DNA of 64,000 nt, from assembly GCA_964036045.1 (NCBI GenBank), contig OZ038378.1:1426001-1490000 (forward strand), read 5' to 3'. Within the stretch, counting starts at the first letter, position 1, and each line of letters begins with the position of its first letter. The translations under genes were made by a program, and so were the position numbers. The notes beneath the pieces are model-generated. The model was given only the letters and a program-made list of their open reading frames with translations, was not told where the DNA came from and did not search any database. This DNA comes from Eutreptiella sp. 'Long Island Sound 2002'. Lineage: Eukaryota > Protista > Euglenida. This document shows positions 1 to 12,380 of the stretch, one piece after another.

Positions 1-374
1 CCCCAGACCGTGGTCAACGGCCTGACGAACCTCCCCCTCCGCAAGTCCATCTTGAAACAACAGGTCCGGCTTTCAACCTGTGTCAAGTGCCCCCCCATCT
101 CGGACCACAGCAGACGCACCCTGTCCCCCTTCCTGACAACAAACTGCCCCCCATCAACATGGGTCACGGTGGCCTGACTGGGGTAGGTCACCTTCGCAGA
201 AAAATACTGGCGACCCACCATGGACCCGTCATCAGCATACAGTTGCCCTGCAGGCAGGGCAGAGGCGCTGGGAAGAATGTTCTGGGTGGTTGAAACTGGC
301 TGGTTGGAACCTTCTGCAGCAGGGTCATCAGGGTCAGCAGCATCAGCACGTGGAGGCGAAGGGGGCAACGGGTA

Positions 375-760
375 ATCTACGCCATAGAACAGGGCCAGCT
401 CTGTACCCGCCTTCACCTCCCGCCGGGTGTAAACTCTCGGGGTACCGTCATCTAGGTGGATGATCAAGTCGCAATCCTCCAGGCGAGGGCGAGCGTTGAT
501 ACGGCTCAGAATATTCCCCCTTCTACCCCCGTCCACCCAAACCCCCCTCCCAGTCCTTGACTCTGCCCCCCCCGCCCTCGATGCACACAACCTTATCCCC
601 CCTACCCGTCACGCAATCCGGTGCCGTCCCTTCAATCCTTTCCCCCTTGTACTCCCCCAGGCAGGTGTCCGCCTGAATATCCACCTTCGCTTTCAACCCC
701 CGGCCTTCCCCAATCGTGGAGACCACGACCTCGAGGTGCTTCTTCATAGAAAAATCCCGC
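375..760 (-). CDS. SET-domain (lysine methyltransferase-like) segment
   Basis: IGEGRGLKAKVDIQADTCLGEYKGERI. After removing one G from the run near 545: VWVDGGRRGNILSRIN and RVYTRREVKAGTELALFYGVDY, matching the SET motifs GxG-L-x-A, GN-x-x-R-x-IN and EL-x-x-x-Y. Confidence 0.75.
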
Positions 761-1789
761 CGCTCCACCACCTCCCGTTGCCCCTCCTCCTCCCCCGCCC
801 CCGTGTCCCTGGCCCGGCGTTTTTGACCCCGTGTTTTGACCCCCGCCGGTTCCTTGGCAACCCCCCCGCCCCCTTCTTCTGCCCCCTTCCGCCCACCCTC
901 CGCCTCCGCAGTCTCGGTGTCCTGGCGCCCTTGAGTCGACCCTCTCCGCTCCTGCTCCTCTTTTTCCTACCCCTTCTCCTCCCCCGTTTTCTTTGCCTCC
1001 TCCTCCTCCTCCTCCTCCATCAACACGTCGGTCGGGGTTGGGGTGGGGGAGCGATCTTCAAGCTGCTCCGCTTTCTTCCCGGCCTCCTCCGAGGTCGTTT
1101 GACCCACCGGCGACAGGGCCTCGAAGGGGCGCCGGGGGCTGGGCGAGCCTTCTCCAAGAAGCTGGCGTTCACGACTTGGGCTTTGGCCTCGCTCCTTCTC
1201 ATGGGCCCACTTCTCCGCGAGCTCCTCTCTCCTTTCCTCCTTTTCCTTTTCCTTGAGAACTGAATACAAACAGCAAGGATCAGATTTAAATTCTTCTCGG
1301 AAAAGGAAGAAAATATTTACGCATGCAATTACATACCAAGGGCTCTCACATCCCCTCGGTGCAGGTCCCAGGACGCCTTCCTCCTCTTCTCCTGCTGCGG
1401 CTTCTCCCTGTGCCCCGCCGTCTTGAACCAATCCACGTCCTCCCCCTCTTCCGACTGCAAGTCCTCCCACCCGCGCAGCAGCTCGGCCGCCAGGTCCTTC
1501 GTCGTCTCGGACAGTGGACTCGCAAGACCTATAGGTGCAGGGATATGGTTTCGTTTATGAGGCTCTTTGTGAATCAGTAATCAGGGGGTATCCTATCGAG
1601 GTTGATGATAAGTGGTGTTGTGCAATCAGTGGCAAACCTGCTTCTGCCCCTTTTTCATCGTCTTTTGGTGCTCCTTCTTCGCCCTCCTCCGCTGCTTCCT
1701 CCTCAGCTTCCGCTCCTTCCTCCGCTTCGGCTTCCGCTGCACCTGGATCAGAGGATGTGCGTTCTATTGCAAGGACCACCCTAGCAATG

Positions 1790-3362
1790 TCGTGCATCAG
1801 GGGCGGTAAATCAATAATCAGGGGGTAGCCAATCAAGTTCGTGCATCAGAGGCCCCTGGCAAATCAATAGTCAGGGGGTAGCCTATCAAGTTCGTGCATC
1901 AGAGGCCCTAGGTAAACCAATAGTCAGGAGGTAGCCTGTCAAGTTCGTGCATCAGAGGCCCCCGGTAAATCAATAGTCAGGGGGTAGCCTATCAAGTACG
2001 TGCATCAGAGGCCCCTGGTAAATCAATAGTCAGGGGGTAGCCTATCAAGTTCGTGCATCAGAGGCCGCTGGTAAACCAATAGGCAGGGGGTAGCCAATCA
2101 AGTTCGTGCATCAGAGGCCCCCGGTAAATGGATAGTCAGGGGGTAGCCTATCAAGTTCGTGCATCAGAGGCCGCTGGTAAATCCATAAACAGGGGGTAGC
2201 CTATCAAGTTCGTGCATCAGAGGCCGCTGGCAAATCAATAGTCAGGGGGTAGCCTATCAAGTTCGTGCATCAGAGGCCCCTGGCAAATCAATAGTTAGGG
2301 GGTAGCCTATCAAGTTCGTGCATCAGAGGCCCTTGTTGACTCAATAATCAGGGGGTAGCCTATCAAGTTCGTGCATCAGAGCCCCCCGGTACATTAATAA
2401 TCAGGGGGTAGCCTATCAAGTTCGTGCATCAGAGGCCCTTGGTGAATCGATAGGCAGGGGGTAGCCTATCAAGTTCGTGCATCAGAGGCCCTGGGTAAAC
2501 CAATAATCAGGGCCTCTGATGCACGAACTTGATAGACTACCCCCTTATTATTGATTTACCAGATGCCTGTGATGCACGAACTTGATAGGCTACCCCCTGA
2601 CTATTGAGTTACCAGGGGCCTCTGATGCACGAACTTGATAGGCTACCCCCTGACTATTGATTTACCGGGGGCCTCTGATTCACGAACTTGATAGGCTACC
2701 CCCTGACTATTGGTTTGCCCGGGGCCGCTGATGCACGAACTTGATAAGCTACCCCCTCACTATTGGTTTGCCAGGGGCCTCTAATGCACGAACTTGGTAG
2801 GCTACCCCTTGACTATCGATTTACCGGGGGCCTCTGATGCACGAACTTGATAGGCTGCCCCCTGACTATTGACTTACCAAGGGTCTCTGATGCACGAACT
2901 TGACAGGCTGCCCCCTAACTATTGATTTACCGGGGGCCTGTGATGCACGAACTTGATAGGCTACCTCCTGACTATTCGTTTACCCAGGGCCTCTGATGCA
3001 CGAACTTGATAGGCTACCCCTTGACTATTGATTTACCAGCAGCCTCTGATGCACGAACTGGATAGGCTACCCCATGAGTATTGATTTAACGGGGGCCTAT
3101 GATGCACGAACTTGATAGGCTACCCCCTGACTATCGGTTCACCAATGGCCTCTGATGCACGAACTTGATAGGCTACCCTCTGACCATTGATTTACCGGGG
3201 GCCTCTGATGCACGAACTTGATAGGCTACCCCCTGACCATTGATTCACCAGAGGCCTCTGATGCACAAACTTGATAGGCTACCCCCTGACTATTGATTCA
3301 CCAACGGCCTCTGATGCACCAACTTGATAGGCTACCCGAGGCCCCTGGTAAATCAATAGCTC
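1790..3362. repeat. 53-bp minisatellite arranged as a fold-back: ~13 forward units, then ~16 reverse-complement units, inside intron 1743-3416
   Basis: ATCAAGTTCGTGCATCAGAGG recurs at 1832, 1885, 1938... (period 53). The inversion centre near 2490-2510 reads atcagaggccctg...cagggcctctgat. A short forward fragment reappears at ~3338-3362. Confidence 0.95.
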
Positions 3363-4479
3363 CCATGGTGAGGCGTACCCCGTTCACAATGTAGTGTCGT
3401 GCAATTCTTGGCAAACCTGCAGGGAGTTCTTCTGGCAATTTTTCCTGTTCCGTCTCTTGGCCTCTCTCCGCTCTCCCTTCTGTCTCTTCTTCTCTTGCTT
3501 CCTCTCCGGCTGGTGCTCCCTCTGCGGTCCCCTCCCCCGCTTGCTTTTTTGCTTCTCTTGCCGCTGCGGCCCCCTCCGCTGCTCCCTCTTTTGCTTCTTC
3601 TTCTGTGTCTTCCGCGGCTGGTCCTCCATTTGCTGCTCCTTCTGCCTCTTCTTCTTCCGCTTCTTCCGCGGCGGCGACTTCCTCCGCTGCTCCTCCTTCC
3701 GCTCCTTCTTCTGCCTCTTTCGCGGCTGCTGCTGCCTCCGCTGCTGCTTCGCCCGCTTCCTCTGCGGCTTGCTCCGCTTGCCCCGCACCTGTATCAAGGG
3801 ATGTGCGTTGTATTGTTGGGCCAAGCCTGTCAACCTCGTGCATCCGAGGTGTTTGAAATCAGTAGCACACCTGCCCTACCCTAATCTCTCTCTTCTTGTC
3901 CTTCTTCCGCTTCTGGGGCTGCTTCCGCTCCTGGACCTTCTTTCATCTCCCCTGAACCTGTACCAGAGCAGGTTAAGGATCACCCTATCACGTTCGTGTA
4001 TCAAAGGCACTATGGAACGCTTATGAGGGGTGCGCATAAGAGGTGTTGTGCAATCAGTAGCAAGCCTTCCGGTGCTGCCTCCACACCTTCAACGTTGCCT
4101 GCTTCCGGTGCTACCTCTTCCGGCTCCGGCTTGTCCTCCGTCTTTGGCACTGTAGGCGACAATGGGAGGACTGCTGCTGGCATGCATCGGCGAGACGTTC
4201 GCCCAACAGTGATATATCATACCTTCCTCTTCTGCCATCTTCATCTGTTCCTCACGACGGGCAGGCATTGTGGTCACTGAAGAAGGTGTTCTAGAATCCG
4301 GGAAGAGCGGATGATCGGGAACTACATCCGTATGCAGCAGACGTACTGTTCTGTGCCAATTACGTAAAATATTCCTAAGGTCTAAGTCGCTTAGTTCTAG
4401 CGATAGAGGTGACAAATCAACCTCGCTACCGCCTAAAACAAGGGAAACGGCCCACTCTGCACCAGAGCACGCGAACACA

Positions 4480-4935
4480 GCACACGACTAATCATCTGGC
4501 TGATGTACACAGTGAAATTTCTTAAGGTTCACGTCGGTAGAGAATGGCCATGGCTGGTGCTGGTTATGCACCTTCCAATGCCGTTTTAGGAGGTCCCACA
4601 GAACGGTTCCACGTTGTTGCCGTTGGGCAGAATCCGGACACAGAGAATCCAGAATCCACACTTCGGGGGACGAGAGCAGATGGAGAAAAACTGCCACCCA
4701 CCAGTGCCCTTGCTCGCCACAGACCAAAATAAACCAATCGAAGTCAAAGAAGTTTTCCTTCTGTGGCAAGCTCTTCTTCCGCCAAAGAGTAACAGGCCAG
4801 ACCCTTCGCTGGAGGCCGAGTTTCCGATGGAGCAGCAAATTCATGGGTTGCACTCGAATTTCAATCAAATTATCCCCGATCCAACGATCACCCCCCAATT
4901 GTTCCCTTATTTCACGATTTGTCAACCAAATGCCT
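4480..4935 (-). CDS. Ulp1/SENP-type cysteine protease domain
   Basis: LGGDRWIGDNLI (W-L-x-D-x-x-I-like), QGHWWVAVF (catalytic His), WILDSL (Asp), and HQPDD*SCAVF (Gln/Cys box, read across the TAG at 4488-4490). Confidence 0.8.
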
Positions 4936-5204
4936 AGGACTGTGATCCCATCTACCCTAGATGCGGGGTCCTCGGCAGGAGATGGGGTGTCGTCGGCATC
5001 AATATATTCCGGGTGAACGGTTTGTGAGGAGATTGAAGTTGGCTCAGGGCTAATGGGTCCGTGCAGCGCAGTGGTGCCGGGGTTAGCAGCTTGCATGGGC
5101 TCCAGAGATTCCACGTCGGCCATTGATGGCCACCAAACGTGTTCACGCGGCCAAAGAGCAGGGTCATCCCCTAAATCTTCCCCCCGTGGTGCAACGAGGC
5201 CGTT

Positions 5205-5380
5205 CAATTGAGCCTCGTACAGCCGTCGGCTATCCCCACAAAGGATGCCTTTCGCCCCATTGATTCTTTGAATGACACTGATGTCAAACCTCTGAGCCCA
5301 CAGCACCAGTTTCCGATACCGTTTTTTAACGACGGCCTCATCGGCCCCACGCGGCAGACTTAGCAGTTCATGAGCCCACA
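5205..5380 (-). CDS. DnaJ-like domain lacking the HPD motif
   Basis: AHELLSLPRGADEAVVKKRYRKLVLW...INGAKGILCGDSRRLYE follows the J-domain helix pattern, but HPD is absent. Confidence 0.6.
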
Positions 5381-6396
5381 GACGGCTCATGTCAAGCTGC
5401 TCGAAAACGGGCTGGCGGGCATCGTGGGTATCCTCCCACCCTACTTGTGCCTGCACTCGGGCCCGAAGATCGGCCTTGTTTCGCAAGGAGAGGAAAGAGA
5501 TTGCTGTCTGGGTGAGCTCGCCCCGCTCTTCGGCCTCCTGGAGGAAAAAATCCTGCACCTTTTTTCAAAAAGGAGAGTCCCCTAAGGATGCGACCCACGT
5601 TTCCAATTTTTGGATACAGGCACGGAGTTCCATTTTCTCCGTGCACTTGTGGATCTGTCTGTTTACCTCATCCCAATCTTGGGACAGATCTACGTCACCA
5701 ATACTAGACGGTCCCGATGAAGCCGTCGAAGATCGAGAAGGTTGTGTGGTTTGTTGGCTTGAGGTAGGGGTCAAAGTAAGAGGGGTAGAAGGGGTGGGGA
5801 GCTCTAGTGAAGAGGACGTTTGGGAGGTGAACTCGCCTAGATCCGGCATGTCAAGATTTGGGGGTGTTTGCGAATTCCCTTCGTCTTCCGCGTCGTCCAC
5901 CATCAGCTCTGCTTCTGGGTCAGGTATGGCCTCGGCTGCAACCGGTTGGTCTGATGGCTTGGATGGGTCAGGCTTCGGGTCAGGCTTTGGGCCAGGCTTT
6001 GCGCTTTGGGACTCATGTTTGGGTGTGGAGATTGGCGCAGAGGTTAGTACTTGGTGCCCACCCTCCGGCGTGAGTGTTTGTAGCTCGGCTTGCGAGGTAA
6101 AGGAAACGCTCCGCTTCTTATGCTTTTTTGGGCCAGGCACGCTCCCCATTAATTCCATCAGCGATGGCCCTTCCCCTGCCATGGCTGCAGCATATGCCGT
6201 TGCCTTGGCCTTCTTTTTATCGGAGATTGGTGTCTTCGGTGGCATTCTAGAAGTGCACATCATGATCGAGGCGATTGGGGTTGAAAGCCGGTGCGTACAT
6301 CTCAACTGAGGGCTTGGGTTGTCACACACGGAACGCAAAACGTGTCAACCTGTACCAACTCTGTTCAAGCGGAAGTCCACACCCTCCTTCTCAATA

Positions 6397-6399
6397 TGT

Positions 6400-6454
<55 letters not shown>

Positions 6455-6463
6455 CGTATACAG

Positions 6464-6534
<71 letters not shown>

Positions 6535-6662
6535 CGTTTGTATATAGCTATATACATATATATATACATATATATATACATATATATACATATATGTATA
6601 CATATATATATATATATATGTATGTACGTATATATATATATGTATGTATATGTATATATATG

Positions 6663-6698
<36 letters not shown>

Positions 6699-6758
6699 TA
6701 GATGTATATATATATATATATATATAATTAAGGGGAGCGGGGTGTAGTAATATATATG

Positions 6759-6795
<37 letters not shown>

Positions 6796-6820
6796 CTGTA
6801 TATATCTATATACATATATG

Positions 6821-6862
<42 letters not shown>

Positions 6863-7113
6863 TATACATATACATGTATATATATATATATAGATGTATA
6901 TACATGTATTTGTATATATATGTATATATTTCACTTGGAGGGAGTAGAAATTGAGTAGGAGGGAGTGGATTTTCGCTTGGAGGGAGTGGATTTTCACTCG
7001 GAGGGATTGGAAACTGAGCAGGAGGGAGGTGAAATTGAGTAGGAAGGAGTGGATATTCACTTGGAGGGAGTTGAAATTGAGGGGAAGGGAGTGGATTTTC
7101 ACTTGGAGGGAGT

Positions 7114-7146
<33 letters not shown>

Positions 7147-7325
7147 TACACACACACACATATATATATATGTATACATATATACATATATATATGTATA
7201 CATATATATGTTTATATATATATGACTGTATGTATGTGTGTGGATATGTGTGTATATTGTGGGTATATGCATATATCGCCTATACATACCCACATACCGT
7301 ATATAGATGTATATGTATATATTTC
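6397..7325. repeat. (AT)n/(AC)n/(TACA)n microsatellite tract
   Basis: Seen directly; it produces the spurious Ile/Tyr-rich ORFs in the track. Confidence 0.98.
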
Positions 7326-7380
7326 ACTTGGAGGGAGTAGAAATTGAGTAGGAGGGAGTGTATTTTCGCTTGGAGGGAGT
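6930..7380. repeat. 21-bp GGAGGGAG minisatellite (about 9 units at 6930-7112, 3 more at 7322-7380)
   Basis: Units such as ttcacttggagggagtagaaa and ttgagtaggagggagtggatt, partly alternating. Confidence 0.85.
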
Positions 7381-10300
7381 CTCTCAGACCGAAGGCGATG
7401 TCCACAGGGGGACAGAGGACTGGCAGTCCGTGCACGGCGCGTGTTCAGAACTAGATATGAGCCCTCCTTGACCAAATGCGCCTTCAAAGGCGACGAAGGT
7501 GCTGGCGGTATTCCCCTCTATTTGCCAAGAAGGCCTTGACCAAATTCCGTGTACGGAGGGACACGAGTTCATCATGAAGGGGAGTGACTTATTTTAGCCT
7601 CTATGTTGTGTGAGTTCCTTTAGCGCGCAACTGAAAGCCGAGTTGCTTGAGTATGGCCCGTCAACCCGCCGCTGCCATTCACATTGTGAGCCATCGAGCA
7701 GCCTACGGAGTTTTGCATCCAATTGTAAGCACGAGGAAGCGCACACTATGAAAATTTTGCATTGGTGGCATGCACCGAATGGTCTTTTGCAAGAAGTGCG
7801 GCAAATGCCGTGCAAACCAATGCGGAAACTGATGGCTTTCATTCAGAACATTCAAAGGCACGCTTCGAGACATCGTGTGGTGTGAAGGCCCTTTTGTTCC
7901 CCAATGACACAAAAATGTTGCTATGGCCTCCTTTTATTTGTCGTTGTAAGTTTGACCTCACTTGTTTCATCCACAAGCTAAATGGTTCTTGGATCGTCTG
8001 GTAAAAGGGAAGGCTTGGTGTGCCTTGCGAGTATCGCGTTTGCGTGATGTTGCAGTCTTCCACCTCTCCAAAACTCGCTCTGCTTCCGTTTCAGGCTCCT
8101 CCTCAGGTGAGCAGGAAGCTCATGGTGCAGTTGAGGTGTGGGGCTGGCAGAAAAATGACTTTTGGTGGTGGTGGTAGGTAGTCAACAAACAGAATTTCAT
8201 GCACTTGAGTGGGTGCCTTCTGCCACGAGGACTCATTCTAGCCCTTCAACTCTGGCGAAGTCCACCAACGTGACAGCCACAAGCAAAGGAGGGGTTCCGC
8301 AGGCTCACTCATGTTTGGGGGGGTCTTTGGAGGGATTTTGCCGTCTGCAATATCCACACAAGGACGCACAAGGCATAGTTTGGCTCTTTGACGGAAGTGA
8401 TCGCAATTGCTTTTGTTGATTACTTGCCCGCCCAAATGCAGGGCATGGGATCAGTTATGGTCTCTTGTTTTGGGATCATTAGCTCCTAGCACCGTTGTTT
8501 TGGATTGCCAGCTGTATCTCAAAAAAGACGAAACAATGCATGTTCAACGTAGAGGGCTTAGGCCTCTCCATTCTTAGTGTGTTAATGAGTTTGCCCCGAA
8601 GATATGCTCGAAAGTTAATTAAACCAGGGCACGTTACTAGTTGATCTCTCTATGTGCCATCCAGTTTTCATTATTTTCTTGTGTTTGTACATGTGCCCAA
8701 AATACGTCTACATTTATGATGCAAACACACCTCGTCAGTATACAACATACGTAGGACTGAATGGCGCACTAGTATACCGCGAGCACTAGGATGTCGCAAT
8801 GCAACCAAAATCCTTTTCCACCCAAAATGCAACATCTTGTTTAAATCTCTTCACGCATGAACGCCATCCTCTTATCCATGTGAATACCCGACGTCATTTT
8901 TCTACACGCACATCCCACATCTATTTTTTGTGTCTTTCTGACCCCAAAATAAGGGGGGGGGTGTCCCTAGTTTGCCTCTCAAACAACACCTGGTACCCCT
9001 GCACCCCGGCGGATACACCGTTGGTGCACTGTCCAAGCACTCCAGGCATTTTTTCACCCCATGTGTATATGAGCAGGGTATTTATGTCCGCATACGAAAG
9101 CTGATTCACCGCTTCAACAAGAAGGTCTATGGACTACTACCGAATGGCCTCTAGTGCAAAACCCCAAACCATCCACTATCTCCTTCAATGGTTGCCTTAA
9201 ATGACTATTTTTTTCCCTTCTAGGTGAGTTCAAATGGTCCATGGTGTGAAAAGGAGTGGTGCCCCATACACAGGCTCATTCTTACCCAGTTGTATCCTAG
9301 CCCTTGGCGAACAATAGTTGCGATGCGGGTGGGGTGAACTTTCTGTGGTTGCGGCGGCAGACGGTCAAAAGGTGAGTCCACAACGTATACAAACAGTCCG
9401 TGTAATGTATGTTACCTTTACCCCAATCATCAATCAACGAACAAGGGCTTTCGCGCACCACAGGCTTATGATTGGTTTGCTAAAAGATTAAACACAATTT
9501 GACGCGTTTGCTTTCAAGGTCGCGTTGTCTAAGCCCACCCAAATGAGGAGGGGCAGCGGACAATGCTACTGCAGTTGTCTCAAAGTTCTTGATCAACATC
9601 TCTATCGAATAAAGTGCAAAACAACCCGGGGTCTCTCCGAACGAAGGCGATGTCCACAGGGGGACAGAGGACTGGCAGTCCGTGCACGGCGCGTGTTCAG
9701 AACTAGATATGAGCCCTCCTTGACCAAATGCGCCTTCAAAGGCGACGAAGGTGCTGGCGGTATTCCCCTCTATTTGCCAAGAAGGCCTTGACCAAATTCC
9801 GTGTACGGAGGGACACGAGTTCATCATGAAGGGGAGTGACGTATTCTAGTCTATATCTTGTGTGAGTTCCTTTAGCGCGCAACTGAAAGCCGAGTTGCTT
9901 GAGTATTGCCCGTCAATTCGCCGCTGCCATTCATCTGTGAGCCATCGAGCAGCCTACGGAGTTTTGCATCCAATTGTAAGCATGAGGAAGCGCACACTAT
10001 GAAAATTTTTGCATTGGTGGCTTGTACCGAATGGTCATTTTGCACGAAGTGCCGCAAATGCCGTGCAAACCAATGCGGAAACTTATGGCTTTCATTCAGA
10101 ACATTCAAAGGCACAATTCGAGACATCGTGTTGTGTGAAGGCCCTTTTGTTCCCCAATGACACAAAAATTTTGCTACGGCCTCCTTTTCTTTGTCGTTGT
10201 AAGTTTGACCTCACCTGTTTCATCCACAAGCTAAACGGTTCTTGGATCGTCTGGTAAAAGGGAAGGCATAGTCTGCCTTGCGAGCATCGCGTTTGCGTGA

Positions 10301-11032
10301 TGCTGCCGTCTTTCACCTCCCCAAAACTCTCTCTGCTTTCGTTTCAGGCTCCTCCTCGGGTGAGCAGGAAGCTCATGGTGCAGTTGAGGTGTGGGGCTGG
10401 CAGAAAACCGACTTTTGGTGGTGGTGGTAGGTAGTCAACAAACAGAATTTCAGGCACCGGAATGAGTGCCTTCTGCCACGAGGACTCAATCCAGCCCTTC
10501 AACTCTGGCGAAGTCCGCCAATGTGACAACCACAAGCAAATGAGGGTTTCCGCAGGCTCACTCATTTCTAAGGGGTTCTTTGGAGGGATTTTGCCGTCTG
10601 CAATATCCACACAATGACACACAAACTGTACTTTGGCTCTTTGGCGGATGTGATCGCGACTACCTTTGTTGATTACTTGGTCGCCCAAATGCCGGGCATG
10701 GGAGCTGTTATGGTCTCTTGTTTGGGGATCATTAGCTCCTAGCACCGTTGTCTTGGATTGCAAGCTGTATCGCAAAAAAGACGGAACAATGCATGTTCGG
10801 CGTAGAGGGCTTAGGCCTCTCCATTCTTAGTGTGTTAATGAGTTGGCCCCGAAGACATCCACAAAAGTTAATTAAACCAAGGCACGTTACTAGTTGATCT
10901 CTCTATGTGCCATCCAGTTTTCATTATTTTCTTGTGTTTGTACATGTGCCCAAAATACGTGTACATTTATGATGCAAACACACATCGTCAACATACAACA
11001 TATCTGGGACTGAATGTCGCACTAGTATACCG

Positions 11033-12380
11033 CACGGGGGGGGGGGGGGGCGACTCCGCGGGTCCTAGAACGCCAACTACCCCCCCTCCCTAGGGGCCTC
11101 CGGCCGACAGTTAGTTGTCAAAGGTATGAGCCCAAGGCGCCCCGGCGCCGAAGGCGCCCAATGGGGTTATGTAGCCACCTTGCCCACTTGTGGGCCTTTT
11201 TCTGATTCTGCCCCCCGCTCTGCGGCGGTGGGGATCCCCTAGGCGGCAGGGGTTATGTAGCCACCTTTCCCACAAGTGGGCCAATTCTGATTCTGCCCCC
11301 CTGCTCTATAGCGGTGGGGATCCCCGAGACGGCAGGCTGACGTAGCCACTTTGCCCACAAGTGGGCCAATTCTGTCCGGTGCTATTGAGGAAACCGGGAC
11401 AATCTTTGAATCCACGCTTCGTTGCGTGGTGCATCATGGTGACCCCCGGCGTAGGTTTTGAGTTCTGATTTTGTTTCCTTTGTTGGGGACCCCCGAGAAT
11501 GCAGGGGTGATGTAGCATTTCTGCCCTCTTTTGGGCCCCAACCGTCCGGTGCTCTTGAGGAAACCGGGACAATCTTTGAATCCACACTTCGTTGCGTGGT
11601 GCATCATGGTGACCCCCGGCGTAAGTTTTGAGTTCTGATTTTGTTCCCTTTGTTGGGGACCCCAGAGAATGCAGGGGTGATGTAGCATTTCCGCCCTCTT
11701 TTGGGCCCCAACCGTCCGGTGCTATTGAGGAAACCGGGACAATCTTTGAATCCACGCTCTGTTGCTTGGTGCATCATGGTGACCCCCGGCGTAGGTTTTG
11801 ACTTCTGATTTTGTTCCCTTTGTTGGGGACCCCCGAGAATGCACGGGTGATGTAGATGTAGCCAATTCGCCTAGACCGGCACCTGAAGATCCCTGCCTCG
11901 AACTTCCATACCTCGGCTCGAGGAGGAGGCAATCAGGGGCTTGGAGATCCCTGCCTCGAGCTTTTCCCCGGCTCGAGAAGGAGGCATTCAGGGGCTTTAT
12001 TTCTTCCTTTCCTTTCTCTTAGGCGCAGGCGTAGGCAGGGGTGACATAGCCACTTTGCCCACAAGTGGGCCAATTCTGATTGTTGCGTCTGTTGCGTCGC
12101 GATTTTCCGCGTTTCCTTAGGTAAGCGCGTCAAGGGGCGGTTCCCTTTGCAAAAAGTCATTCAGCCACCACCGTGCCCATACCCAACTATTCGGAGGTGC
12201 CCGACACCCCCCCCCCCCCCGGGAACCCCGGGAACCCCGGGAACAGCCATCCCCGGCGCCCCTCCCAGAACCCCCCCCTCCAAGCCCCCCCCCCCCCCCC
12301 CCCCCCCCCTAGGGGCCTCCGGCCGACAGTTCGTTGGGGGGGTATTGGCGTCCAGGACCGAGGGGTCGCCCCCCCCCGTG
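11033..12380. mobile_element. Non-autonomous hAT-like TIR element (MITE-like, 1348 bp)
   Basis: 8-bp TSD GTATACCG at 11025-11032 and 12381-12388. Imperfect ~45-50-bp TIRs CACGGGG..GCGAC..GGTCC..GACGCCAA.TACCCCCCC and its reverse complement. The empty site is seen at the other two junctions. An 8-bp TSD with CA-starting TIRs is typical of hAT. Confidence 0.85.
11376..11850. repeat. 170-bp tandem repeat (~2.8 copies) inside the MITE
   Basis: ccggtgct.ttgaggaaaccgggacaatc at 11376, 11546, 11716. Confidence 0.9.

Larger units (their letters stand above)
1..6338 (-). pseudogene. Multi-exon gene/pseudogene: J-domain-like + Ulp1/SENP (peptidase C48) + acidic low-complexity exons + SET domain; runs off the left edge
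   Basis: Inferred exons: 6338-4223, 4149-4066, 3957-3871, 3788-3417, 1742-1638, 1528-1337, 1259-<1. All six introns end in AG, start GT (one GC, at 4065) and are phase 1, so the frame is kept. ORFs 5565..6338, 4488..5558 and 4089..4478 share one frame, as do 967..1470 and 523..771. Lesions: TGA 5565, TAG 4488, TAG 3881, TAG 967, and 1-nt slips near 545 (G run) and 372. Confidence 0.8.

Noticed and set aside
1790-3362. CRISPR-like appearance (constant ~32 bp plus variable ~20 bp)
   Set aside because: The variable parts are point variants of one sequence rather than unique spacers. The array is intronic, inverts midway, and no cas genes are present.
460-4026. Plus-strand Leu/Pro/Phe-rich ORFs (460..1263, 3394..4026, 3399..3884)
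   Set aside because: Antisense shadows of the purine-rich minus-strand exons.
6275-7340. Ile/Tyr-rich ORFs
   Set aside because: Translations of the (AT)n microsatellite.
11160-11370. Taxon assignment (euglenid) from the dispersed repeat and leader style
   Set aside because: Based on unverifiable recollection. No spliced-leader sequence or non-conventional intron was identified; a BLAST search is needed.
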